From: Octopus vulgaris
Lineage: Eukaryota
Assembly (NCBI GenBank): GCA_951406725.2
Contig: OX597823.1
Location: forward strand, 80,476,001 to 80,540,000
Length of the DNA stretch: 64,000 bases
Direction of reading: 5' to 3'
Part shown: positions 1 to 12,590 of the stretch, piece by piece
Layout: the number at the start of each line of letters is the position of its first letter
Numbering within the stretch: the stretch's first letter is position 1
Translations under genes and position numbers: made by a program
Notes under the pieces: model-generated
What the model was told of the DNA's origin: nothing
Database searches by the model: none
Seen by the model: only the letters and a program-made list of their open reading frames with translations

Positions 1-62
1 CTTCAGAGAAATGCGTGTTTTTCGTCCAGTCTGTTGAAAACTTAATATATCATTTACATCAA

Positions 63-320
63 GGCGCAGGAGTGGCTGTGTGGTAAGTAGCTTGCTAACC
101 AACCACATGGTTCTGGGTTCAGTCCCACTGCGTGGGACCTTGGGCAAGTGTCTTCCACTATAGCCTCGGGCCGACCAAAGCCTTGTGAGTGGATTTAGTA
201 GACGGAAACTGAAAGAAGCCCGTCGTATATATGTATATATATATATGTATGTGTGTATATATGTTTGTGTGTCTGTTTGTCCCCCCAACATCGCTTCACA
301 ACCGATGCTAGTGTGTTTAC
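63..320 (+). mobile_element. SINE family A (~410-bp tRNA-derived), 3'-truncated
   Basis: Head GGCGCAGGAGTGGCTGTGTGGTAAG...GGTTCAGTCCC and CCTTGGGCAAGTG body; internal (TA/TG)n. Confidence 0.85.
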
Positions 321-639
321 ACAAGCAGTTCGCAGGAATTGCGTTGCTCCAGGCCATTCACTTATAAATGAGCAACCTTACAATGGATTGGGATCTTGTT
401 CAGTGGGGAAATGTTTAATGTCGGTCGCTTATAGGCCAAGGAAACTGAGTAAACGGCCCTATGAGCCCGAGGATTCGAAGGTATTGATGAGATGATCATC
501 ATCATTATCGTCATTATCATGAATACCATATAGAGGTATAATAATTGTAAACACGACTGTAGATCATCGTTTGAAAGCAAATGACAAGAAATATGTTCCG
601 ATCGGACAATCAACTCAAACTTCAGAATCATTTAAATAT

Positions 640-1373
640 CGGGTTCAAATTGTGACACAAGGCCAGCAATATCGAGGACGGGTAAATCAATTACGTCGAC
701 CCCAGTATTCAACTGGTACTTATCTTATCGATCCTCAAAGGGGATGAAAGGTAAAATCGACCTCGGCGGAATTTGTACTCGGAACGTAAAGACGGACAAA
801 ATACCTATTTCTTTACTATCCACAAGGGGCTAAACACAGAGAGGACAAACAAGGACAGACAAACGGATTAAGTCGATTATATCGACCCCAGTGCGTAACT
901 GGTACTTATTTACTCGACCCCGAAAGGGTGAAAGGCAAAGTTGACCTCGGCTTAATTTGAACTCAGAACGTAGCGGCAGACGAAATGCCCATTTCTTTAC
1001 TACCCACAAGGGGCTAAACATAGAGGGGACAAACAAGGACAGACAAACGGATTAAGTCGATTACATCGACCCCAGCACGCAACTAGTACTTAATTTATCG
1101 ACCCCGAAAGGATGAAAGGCAAAGTCGACCTCGGCGGAATTTGAACTCAGAACGTAAAGACGGACAAAATACCGCTAAGCATCTCGTCCGACGTGCTAAC
1201 GATTCTATCAGCTCGCCATCTTCAGAATCATTTAAATATTGGTTTCAGGTTTTGACACAAGGCCAACAGGTTTGGCGAAGTGGATAAACCGATTACATCA
1301 ACTCCAGTACTGAACTGGTACTTATTTTATCGATCCCCGAAAAGGACGAAAGCCAAAGTCGACCTTGGTGGAA
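640..1373 (-). mobile_element. SINE family B cluster (tandem and nested units)
   Basis: Repeated core CCCCGAAAGGATGAAAGGCAAAGTCGACCTCGGCGGAATTTGAACTC; four units; AGAATC(A/G)TTTAAATAT occurs three times as TSD. Confidence 0.9.
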
Positions 1374-1499
1374 AGAATCGTTTAAATATTAACATTTTCT
1401 CGGAAACATGTGTCCCTTTTGGGATCGTCATTGTTTAACTGAGTTGAAATTGTAATTCAGTCCTTTAATTTTAATGGCATACAAAACGTAAATTTGTCT

Positions 1500-1799
1500 A
1501 CATTATTTACATTCGACAGATATTTGTCCACATCTTGTTTGTTGTTAACACCGTTACGGCTGATATGCCCTCCAGCCTTCTTCAGGTGTCTTGGGGAAAT
1601 TTCGAACCTGGGTTCTCATTCCTAAAGTATTTTTCGATATTATTATTATTATTATTATTTCCCCAAGACACCTGAAGAAGGCTGGAGGGTATATCAGCCG
1701 AAACGTTGTGTTAACAACAAACAAGATGAGGACAAATATACGTCGAATGTAAATAATGTGAATAATGTACATAATTCCTCATCTCTTAAATATAGAACT
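1500..1799 (+). mobile_element. Non-autonomous Penelope-type insertion: inverted arm plus direct arm, 12-bp TSD
   Basis: 1500-1600 is the reverse complement of 1658-1760. GTAAATTTGTCT flanks the element at 1488-1499 and 1800-1811. Same family as 38575-38883. Confidence 0.8.
1667..1712 (+). ncRNA. Minimal type-I hammerhead ribozyme
   Basis: Stem I GACAC/GTGTT; core CTGAAGA plus an extra A; stem II GGCTG/CAGCC; GAAA; palindromic stem III ACGT; cleavage triplet GTT (cut after 1707). Confidence 0.72.
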
Positions 1800-2285
1800 G
1801 TAAATTTGTCTGTTTGAAATTGCTCAACTATGCCCCGAACATATTTGAACTGGTAATAACCTTGTATTTATACACCTTACTGCTTAGCGATGCCACCCCG
1901 TAATTTGAAATTGTTGTTTACTGGGTAACCCACTAAAAATGATGTCCGGAGATAACACAAACCCGCAATTGTTCTCCTGCATAATGTCACGGAGCAAATA
2001 GTAAACTCTAAGCAAAATGAAATCATTACACGGTTTCAAACTCCAGTTGAACCATTTCACATTACTTCTGCTGCTAAAATCATTGCGAAGAACATAGATA
2101 TCACATTCTCTCTGGCACTTCTCTTATACAAGGCCTTTCAGCCTAGTCAAATAGAAACATTTTAAACTTTTTGATTCTGTTTATTCACACTGCAGTTTGA
2201 ATAAATAAATGAATAATCGTAATAATATTCTGTATACAGTGTATCTATTTTGAATATGTGTATGCATATATGTATGTACGTAATA

Positions 2286-2688
2286 GGCGCAGGAGTGGCT
2301 GTGTGGTAAGTAGCTTGCTTACCAGCCACATGGTTCCGAGTTCAGTCCCACTGCGTTGCATCTTGGGCAAGTGTCTTCTACCATAGCCTCAGGCCAACCA
2401 AAGCCTTGCCAGTGGATTTGGTAGACGGAAACTGAAAGAAGCCCGTCGTATATATGTATATATATATATATATGTGTGTGTGTATGGTCGTGTGTCTGTG
2501 TTTGTCCCCCTAGCATTGCTAGACAACCGATGCTGGTGTGTTTATGTCCCCGTCACTTAGCAGTTCGGCAAAAGAGACCGGTAGAATAAGTGCTAGGCTT
2601 CCAATGAATAAGTCCTGGGATCGATTTGCTCGACTAAAGGCGGTGCTCCAGCATGGCCACAGTCAAATGACTGAAACCAGTAAAAAAG
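2286..2688 (+). mobile_element. SINE family A, full length
   Basis: tRNA-like head through tail GCATGGCCACAGTCAAATGACTGAAAC. Many other copies, e.g. 7225-7475, 12470-13235, 32580-32970, 34980-35360, 41725-42050, 49310-49640. Confidence 0.9.
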
Positions 2689-4023
2689 TATACATGAGGT
2701 GTATTCGTAAGAGAAATAGAGAGAGGTGTTTGTTCCTGCCTCTGTGCATGTACATGATGCATACTAATAAAAATACAATGCAAGGAATCAAATTATATTA
2801 AAATTTTACCTATTTTCCTGGGCGTTGGTTTGGTTGAAACATCCCAAAAGAAATAGCAAGAAAACAGAGAACAGTGATGGTGCACTGGGAACCATCCTGA
2901 TTGTTTAATGTTGTAAATTTGGTTTCTTTGTTCCTTAAGTTCCAACTGATATTTTCTTGTAAAAAATATTTCAATCAGATGGGTCTTTGGTCTCGCTACT
3001 TGAGAAAGCGAGTTTGAACCAACGAGAAAGAACGATCGAAAGCTTTATATACTACGACAGGAACACATTCCAGAGATAATTACAGCTGAAGTAAACAATT
3101 TGTCCAATACAGATGTGAAGGTGTCTTCATATTTGTCCGGAGTAAATCAATGTAATTTTCAAAAACAGCTTTGAAGAATTTTGTCTTGGCATTGATTTTA
3201 TTTTTCTTCGTTTTATTAAACCTGGGAATACAAAATGTGGTTTGTTTGTTTGCCCCTATTTTATTTTCTTTTACGTAAGAAGAAATCATTACAAAGGAAA
3301 ATGGAACAATGAAACTTAAACATTCCAAGATACGTTTGTATTAGTTGTAGCTAATTGGTCAATGAAGTATACGCCTACGATGATGGAGTTACGTAAGGTA
3401 AATTTCATTTAATTATTACTTTTAATGAATAATATTTTTTAAGCAGCAAAGAGCAACAGATTTACAGTCGGTTATTATTTTCCGTTTCAGTTTGCTGTGT
3501 ATAAAATTGGTTTTAAATTTTGGCACAAGGCCAACAATTTTGAGACAGTGGGTAAGTCGATTACATCGACTCCAGTGCTCAACTGATACATATTTTATCG
3601 ACCTCGAAGGGTTGAAAGGTAAAGTCAAACTCGGCGGAATTTGAACGTAAAGACGGACAAAACGATGCTAAACATTTTGCCCGTCGTGCTAACGATTCTA
3701 CCAGCTCTCCGGCTTGTTACGTATAATATTGATTACTATCAAAGACAAAAGACGGCTGGCTATGAGAGTGTCTAGAGTGGAACCCCAACGACTGGTTGCA
3801 TTAGTTAAGGAATCTTGAAGAAAGAAGAATGTCATGTAATGTATATACGTTGGGAAAATAAAGGGTTTGGGTCGGCAAGATGGCAGAATCGTTAGATCGT
3901 TGGTAAAAATTCTTTGCGTATATTCCGTCTCTTTATGTTCCGAATTTAAAACCCAACGAGATAATCGTTACCTGTCACCCTTTTGGTATCGACAAAATAG
4001 TACTAGTCATGTACTGGGGTGAA

Positions 4024-4443
4024 GGCGGCGAGCTGGCAGAAACGTTAGCACGCCGGGCGAAATGCTTAGCGGTATTTCGTCTGCGTTACGTTGTGAGTTC
4101 AAATTCCGCCGAGGTCGACTTTGCCTTTCATCCTTTCGGGGTCGATAAATTAAGTACCAGTTACGCACTGGGGTCGATGTAATCGACTTAATACCTATGT
4201 CTGTCCTTGTTTGTCCCCTCTGTGTTTAGCCCCTTGTGGGTAATAAAGAAATAGGTATTTCGTCTGTCGTTACGTTGTAAGTTCAAATTCCGCCGAGGTC
4301 GACTTTGCCTTTCATCCTTTCGGGGTCGATAAATTAAGTACCAGTTACGCACTGGGGTCGATGTAATCGATTTAATACCTATGTCTGTCCTTGTTTGTCC
4401 CCTCTGTGTTTAGCCCCTTGTGGGTAATAAAGAAATAGGTATT
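4024..4443 (+). mobile_element. SINE family B head-to-tail dimer inserted in an older B copy (3873-4500)
   Basis: The second unit starts at the internal GGTATTTCGTC directly after the tail AAAGAAATA. Confidence 0.9.
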
Positions 4444-5596
4444 GACTAGTCCTTCCTTTTAAAATTGCTACCCTTGTGCTGACATCATAAACCATTCTTT
4501 GTTGAAAATGTTAGCAGTTAGTTCCCTAGTTCGTATTCGAGTTTGAAGTCTTGGTTACACACACACGCACGCACACACACAAACACACATTCACAAGAAT
4601 TTTACTTTACAATCGTTAGGTCCTGAGTTTGGTTTCTGTGTGTTACATTCTTGAGTCAACCCAAGACTTGTGACTTGGCGAACAGAAACTTGTGAGAGCC
4701 CTTCTGGTGTGATTGTACATGTAATTCAAAGAACCGACTTCGTCAGAGACAACGTCACACTTTCTCTGCCTGAGAATTAAGCTAAGGCTACACCTGTACG
4801 TGGAATACTCGGCTACTTATACATTAGTTCAATGAGCAAGTAGCTCATGTGACCGAACTACTGACCATTCCTCGTAGAAACCGACTGAGATCCATTGCTT
4901 TTGACAGAAATAGGACTAACCCTATCAGAATATTTAATTGTTCTAGATACATATTGTTTTTTTTTTTTTTTTACTAGCTGTAATCAGTAAGATATTGCCA
5001 TATAGAGATACCGCTACCGTATTGTCATGCCTCTATCAAAATATTAATTTCAAATTTTGGTATAAGGCCAACAATTTCAAGGGAAAGGAATAAGTCGATT
5101 GCATTGACCACACTGCTCAAATTGGTATTTATTTTAATCGACTCCGAAGGGATGAAAGGCAGAATTTGAACTCAGAACGTAAAAACGGATGAAATGCTTC
5201 TAAGCGTTTTGCCCAGTGTGCTAACGATTCTGCCAGCTCGTCGCTATCAAAATATTGATGTTGTTTTTGAATTCGATATCTTACTTTGTAAAGGACATTA
5301 AATTTCTATTACAGCAGCTCAGTGGATGGATTAAAATCAAATGTGATCTCAGACATGTAAATTACTTCAATACAAGCCGGAAATCAATTAATCTAATTAA
5401 TGAAGTTAGTACTAATCAATAATATTAATACGCCAACTTGTTGTTTTTGTACCTGTGTTGTGTGTCACACTTACCTCAAAGGAAGAAGTGAGTGGTAAAG
5501 CAGGAGAGAGGAGGACAGAGAGGAAGTGCAAGAGAAAGAGAGACAGTGAATGGTGACGGCGTTCGTTTTGTGTTTTTAAATCTTTATTACATCGCA

Positions 5597-5855
5597 AGAA
5601 AAGTTTATACATAGATACATACATACATTGTTAAATAAAAAGTGGGAGAGAGGAGGGACACAGGAAGTAAGAGAAAAAGCGAGAGAGGCAGTAGATACAT
5701 AGATCGAAAGAAAGTTGATACATAAATACTTACATACATTGTTAAATAAAAAGCGGGAGGGAGTAGGGACACAGAGGAAATAAGAGAGAAAGAAAGTGAG
5801 AGAGACAGTAGATATATAGCTCGAAAAAAGATTGATACATAGACACATTGTTAGA
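5597..5855. repeat. Imperfect tandem repeat, ~110-bp unit, ~2.3 copies
   Basis: CATTGTTA at 5626, 5737 and 5846 with similar purine-rich spacers. Confidence 0.8.
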
Positions 5856-7573
5856 TCAAAGACAACTACAACAAATATTGGATGTCACTTTCACTTTTCA
5901 TTACCACACGAGGATAAAAACTAAGTCGCAAGTGGCTGAGTACTCCACAGACATGCATACCATTAATGTAGTTCTCAGGAAGATTCAGCCTCATATAGAA
6001 TATGACAAGGCTGACCTCTTTGAATTACAGCTACGACTCATTTTAGCCAGCTTAGTGGACTGGAGCAAGATAAACCTTCAAGCGGTTGGAAGAAAACGAA
6101 AGAGATCTTATATTGGAACAGGAAAATCTTTTTTAGTCATTAGGGTCACTATGGGTGTTAATCCGGTCCTAACAGCGGCATTTGTAGGTCTCACAGATCT
6201 CGAGGCCAAGCCCCCAAATAAACACTGATGCGCAGGCTGTTGTTATCAAACTGAGCGTGAGTCGATGGCGAATACACGACGGAATAGCAATCATTTCGTC
6301 TTAGCTTTCACTGCTTATACTAAACACATGACATTTTTGTCTTACGATATGGAACATGTCCTTTTCTTTCACTCTTTTTTAAAAAGAGCACACCGTCGGT
6401 TACGGCCACGAGGACCCTGTTTATCTGATCAACGGAACAATCTGCTCATAAAATTATTGCGCAAGTGACTGAGTACTCTTCAGACATGCATACCATAAGG
6501 TTGTTCTCATGGAGATTCAGCCTTACACAGAATGTGACAAGGCTGGCCCCTTTGAATTACAGCTACAACTCATTTTTGCCAGTTGAGTAGACTGCAGCAA
6601 GGTGAAGTAGAGTACTTTACTCAAGAACACAGCGCGCCGCAGGGAATCGTACTCATGACTTTACGATCGTAGGCCGAATACCCCTAATCACTGAGCTACG
6701 CATTTTCACTCTCTTAACCGTAGACAAAAGGAATGAAACAATAGAGATAGAGAAAGGAAAGCATCAGTCATTTACACTGAAATACGATCGATCTTTTCTA
6801 GTTTCTTTATTTTTAATAATGAAGAATATGGAAAGACCTTTAGTAACGAAGAGAGGGAAAATCTTTCAGGTGTTTACGTTTTTATTCTGGGAGTTCTAGA
6901 ACGACCGAGTGTTAGTTCTCTCTTCTTTCTCCCACCCCCGGTACTTATTCGCCTTCTTTCATAGTTCTTCATGTCTTTTAGTTGGTGGGGAAAGACCATG
7001 TTCTTTTTTTTCTTTTCTTCAGGCACGTTTAACGTTTTCTCTACAAACTACAAACAGGTCCGCTTCCCTTCCTCTTTTTTTTTTTATACAAAACCTAATG
7101 CAAATTTCGAACGGGGTATAACTGTGAAAAGAGCCCAGAAAAATGGGTAATACTCCCTACAAAATGGGCGAGGGAGAAAAGTTGCCAACAGGTGGTTACA
7201 CGAAAGTCAACTCTATACTTTAAAGAGTGCCTTCTACTATAGTCTCGGGCCGACCAAAGCCTCATGAGTGAGTTTGGTTGACGGAAATTGAAAGAAGCAC
7301 GTCACATATGTGTTTGTGTGTGTGTATATGCTTGTGTTTCTGTGTTTGTCCCCCCAACATCGCTTGACAACCGATGCTGGTGTGTTTACGCCCCCGTTAC
7401 TTAGCGGTTCAGCAAAAGAGATCGATAGAATAAGTACTAGGCTTACAAAGAATAAGTCCTGGGGTCGATTTGCGATACTTATTCCGGTTCAGGATAACGA
7501 TAGAGGATGAGGTTACTGCTGTGGTGTCGGCGGGCAGAAATGATGTGTGGTACGGAAGTATGTGAATTGAGTT

Positions 7574-7802
7574 GGAGCTGGCAGAAACGTTAGCACGCCG
7601 GGCGAAATGCGTAGCCGTATTTCGTCTGTCGTTACGTTCTGAGTTCAAGTTCCGCCGAGGACGACTTTGCCTTTCATCCTTTCGGGGTCGATAAATTAAG
7701 TACCAGTTATGCCCTGGGGTCGATGTAATCGACTTAATACCTATGTCTGTCCTTGTTTGTCCCTTCTGTGTTTAGCCCCTTGTGGGTAGTAAAGAAATAG
7801 GT
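7574..7802 (+). mobile_element. SINE family B, young copy
   Basis: Near-identical to 4024-4260. Other copies: 3508-3714, 5046-5245, 23981-24195, 25000-25390, 27475-27690, 29545-29760, 46563-46762, 53970-54115. Confidence 0.9.
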
Positions 7803-8105
7803 AGTGTCGTGACTGTCGGCGCACGATGCGGGGATGAGGTGCGGCTGATGCGGCGAGTGTATAAGTTTGGTTGCAACAAAAATAGAGTGACAAGCGAGGA
7901 GGGGTACGAGCGAAGACGAATGAATTGATGCTGTCAGCCGAGCGACGCGAATGGAACTGGGCGGGAACGGAGACGCTGCCGAGATGTAAGGTGGAGGGCG
8001 GCAGCGACGACAGTAACAGAGACGCCGACAGCGATGGCGCGAGTGCTAACGCGTACATTTAGTCCGTCGCTCGGTTTAACACCATCATCTCATCCTTGGG
8101 TACTC

Positions 8106-8332
8106 TTAACTCTTTAGCATTCAAACCGGCCATATCTGGCCAAAATATTTAATCTGTTTTATATTGAAACTGACCAGATCTCGCCTCTCACCTCGGCCCT
8201 ACCATGTCATTCTAAAACTAAAAAATCACATCACTGAAATATCTAAACTACAAGATAATGCATGATTAATTCAAACCATTTAAATAAACAAACATCACAT
8301 TTGACAGAATAATCTGAACACTAAAGGGTTAA
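8106..8332. mobile_element. piggyBac-like MITE family 1 (other copies 40336-40556, 44260-44489, 54209-54432, partial 50862-51030)
   Basis: TTAA flanks, (C)CCTTTAG...CTAAAGGG termini, shared interior among copies. Confidence 0.8.
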
Positions 8333-8661
8333 AGGAGTCGAAAGCCACTCCGTATCTAGTCTTTCTCATCCGCAAAATGAGCCCCATTTAATTTTGTTCG
8401 GATTGCTTTCAATCTGGGTGTATCGACGCAACTCTGAATTTTGATTTCGACCAACCAATTACTTTATCTCCTAAATCAAAGAATCTCATGTTATTTAGAA
8501 TTAAAGTTCGGAAATTTGGGTAACTTTAGCCAATCAACAGATTACGTGGCATTAGCAGCTTCTTACCATGACAACCACACGCTGTCATCTGTGCCGCTGT
8601 TGTCTATTCTCTTATACTTGTTTCAATCATTTGACTGCGGCCATGCTGGAGCACCGCCTTT

Positions 8662-10127
8662 GAGCCCTTAACACGTCTATTCAATATGTCATTGGCGACG
8701 GGTGTTATACCTGCGGACTGGAGAACAGCGATAATCTGCCCAATTTTCAAGAAAGGGAGCTGCGAAGACCCGCTTAACTACCGACCGGTTTCCCTTACAT
8801 CAATAATCAGCAAGATGTTCGAAACCATCCTTAAGAAAAGTATGATGCTCCACCTCCAAAACACAGCCTCTATCTCTGATTCCCAACACGGCTTCGTACC
8901 GAAGAGATCATGCTTGACCAACTTACTGGTAATGGAAGAATTGGTGACGCGCATCCTCGATGATAGTGATGCTGTTGACATCGTTTTATTGGACTTTGCC
9001 AAAGCTTTTGACTCGGTAAACCACCGCCTATTACTTGTCAAGCTTCAAGCATATAGTTTCCATCCGGATATTGTACGATGGGTTGGTGCCTTCCTCTCAG
9101 AATGCTCCTTCCAAGTCCGAGTTAATGGTTCGCGGTCCGACGTCTCCAGTGCGAGCAGTGGCGTGCCTCAAGGTTCAGTGCTTGGGCCCTTATTGTTCTT
9201 AGTCTTCATAAATTACTTGCCCGACGACCTCACGCAACACACCCTTCTATTTGCCGACGATGTCAAACTGGTCGCTCCTCGCGGTGATATAGAGGATCTT
9301 CGTCGATGCCGCCACCAAATTTGGAGGTGGTCTAACGAATGGGACCTGTGTCTGAACGTGTCAAAGTGCTGTCATCTGCCTGTTGGCTCTCCTCCTGCAA
9401 CTCAACTTGATTTCGAGCCGGGTCGTCTGCTGCTGGAGAGGACCGATCAGGTAAAGGACCTGGGTATCTTGGTGGATTCCACCTTTTCGCCTTCGACCCA
9501 GTGCGTCCATGCTGCCAACAAAGCATGCGGAATTCTGTTCTTGATTCGACGGTCATTCGGAATGCTCACAGCAGCCATATTCCTACCGCTCTATGTCACG
9601 CTGGTGAGACCCATATTGGAGTATGGGATTCAAGCCTCTTCTCCTTATCTCCTCAAAGACATACAGCATCTCGAAAGAGTCCAGAAGCTGGCTACCCGCA
9701 TGGTTCATGGTCTCAAGAATTTGTCTTATGAAGAAAGGCTGAAGACGCTCGACCTTTATTCTCTAGAAAAACGCCGTCGCCGTGGTGATCTCATTCTCGC
9801 TCACAACATCATAAGCGGAAATTGTAACCTCTCGAAAGAGCTGTTCTTCACTCCTGCTCCAGAGCGTCGGCTGCGGGGTCATTCCGAAAAGCTCTATCTG
9901 CGACGATTTCATCTCAATCGAGGGAGAGGGGCTTTCTCCGTCCGGGTTGCGGATCCGTGGAACAAGCTGCCAGACGAGATGGTGAAGATACCGACGACCG
10001 CTTTGTTCAAAGTCTCCCTTGACCTCAAGTGGCCTGAACTCTTTACATGAACACCACCCTGTACATTACTCCATGCCCCCCTACATGGCCTTGCTTATTG
10101 CTTTTTGAGCCAAAAAATTAACTAACT
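8662..10127 (+). mobile_element. 5'-truncated CR1-clade LINE with uninterrupted RT/C-terminal ORF2 (ORF 8686-10050)
   Basis: Motifs NYRPVSLTS, QHGF, LDFAKAFDSV, GVPQGSVLGPLLF, LFADD, LVRPILEY, LRGH. Short 3' UTR ending in (TAAC)n. Inserted inside a minus-strand SINE. Confidence 0.95.
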
Positions 10128-10526
10128 AAATCAACACCAGGACTTATTCTTTGTAAGCCTACTACTTATTATATCGGTATCTTTTGCCGAACCGCTATTT
10201 AAGGGGACGTAAACACACCACCGTCGGTTGTCAAGTGATTGGTGGGACAAACACAGACACACAAACATATATACACACATAGCCACTCCTGCGCTTGTGT
10301 TAGACAATAAATGTTCAATGAGAAAGCTAGGATAGTTTATGGTTGATCTGGGTCTAAACAACAACATGCCTTGAAATGCTAATTTATGAATGGGGAGGAA
10401 ATATTTTGCCAATCTTATAGATTTAACTCTAAAAATACCATAGACAAATGCAAGAATTTTAAAATTCATATTAATAACGAAGCGTCATATAGTGGTCGAG
10501 AGAGGGAGGTCGCGTGTACGTGTGTT

Positions 10527-11010
<484 letters not shown>

Positions 11011-11984
11011 TAGAACCGTATCGCTTGTTTTCAAAGAACGATTGTTGTGACGCAGTTCAATCCAAAAGAAGGAAAATGACTTGAGCTAAAATAAATAAAT
11101 AAATAAATAAATAAATAAATATATACATAAATAAATAAATCTTGGCTGTGATTAATGATTATCGATAGTGACATATGACAGCTAGGAATTTGACTAACGT
11201 GCTATGTAAGTCGTTTTCTTCTCCTCTTCATTTAAGATCGCCGATTGATTTCAGCATATATTCGTAAACATTAAGAATAGTCTGCAAACACGAAAGTATA
11301 TTTCTGCAAGCATATGTTCCCCATTGATTCTTTCGATTAAACTGTACACGGTTAGTAACTAAACAGACATGAAAATAACTAAGCTACTAATCCAAACTCA
11401 AATAGATCACGGCAATATATTCGGTGATTATTGACTTACAAATAAGTTTCTATTGCTTCTGCAGTAAGGAAAACAATATGGCGGGATCTATGTAGATGTA
11501 TAGTGCATGTGTCTGTGTACGACGTTGTGTGTGTGTGTGTGTGTAAGTTAAATGAGTGTACGTTCGCGTATATGTGTGAGTGTGTGTATGTAAGAGGCAG
11601 AGAGAGTGTATGTGTGTGTGTGTGCGTTGATGATTTTGTTCTTGCCCTTGTTTAGCCTCGATTGACCCCCAACTGACAATAACCCAAATCGACAATCACC
11701 ACCTCCTACCCATCCCACATTGCAAACCTAGTGAAACTTTTGGGTGGGGTTTCTCCTTATTAATGGAGGAGGAATACGTGGCCAAGTGGTTAAGCAACAG
11801 GGCTCTTGATCATAAGGTCCTGAGTTCGATTCTTCCCCCGGAAGACATTGCTTTTTTGGCAAGGCATTTTACTCAGCTGATAAAAATGAGTATTGAAACT
11901 GACTAAGCCATCACCCATCATCATGTTACCAAAACTTGCCTCCTTGCCGCTTTTCTATCACTCGATATAGCTCGCTCCCTCTTA

Positions 11985-12435
11985 GGCGGCGAGCTGGCAG
12001 AATCGTTTGCACGACGAGCAAAACGCTTAGCAGCCATTTCGTCCGGCTTCACGTTCTGAGTTCAAATTCCGCCAATGTCAACTCTGCCTTTCATCCTTTC
12101 GGAGTTAATAAAATAAGTACCTATTTCTTTACTACCCACAAGGAGCTAAACACAGAGAAGACAAACAAGGACAGACAAACGGATTAAGTCGATTATATCG
12201 ACCCCAGTGCGTAACTGGTACTTATTTAATTGACCCCGAAAGGATGAAAGGCAAAGTCGACCTCGGCGGAATTTGAACTCAGAACGTAACGGCAGACGAA
12301 ATACGGCTACGCATTTCGCCCGGCGTGCTAACGTTTCTGCCAGCTCGCCGCCGTGTACCAGTACAGCACTAGGCAATGTAATCGACTTGCCACCACCCGA
12401 ATTTGCTGGCCTTGTGCTAAAATTTGAAGCCAATA
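11985..12435. mobile_element. Young SINE B (minus, 12119-12351) inserted into an older SINE B (plus)
   Basis: The old copy breaks at AAGTACC and resumes at GTACCAGTAC. The opposite orientations create an inverted repeat. Confidence 0.85.
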
Positions 12436-12590
12436 TAGTTAGCTCCCTCTTCTTCAGCTCTTTTGCAACAGCTTAGTTTCGTTTTCAATCCCACTGTTCT
12501 GTATTTTGGGCATGTGCCTTCAGCTATAACTCCGAACAGCCCAATATATTAGTGGATTTAGCAGACGAAAACTTTCGAAGCCCATCGTAT

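Noticed and set aside
8686-10050. Autonomous or domesticated reverse transcriptase gene
   Set aside because: 5'-truncated, lacking endonuclease, ORF1 and promoter; the ATG is an internal Met. An open frame is expected for a young insertion.
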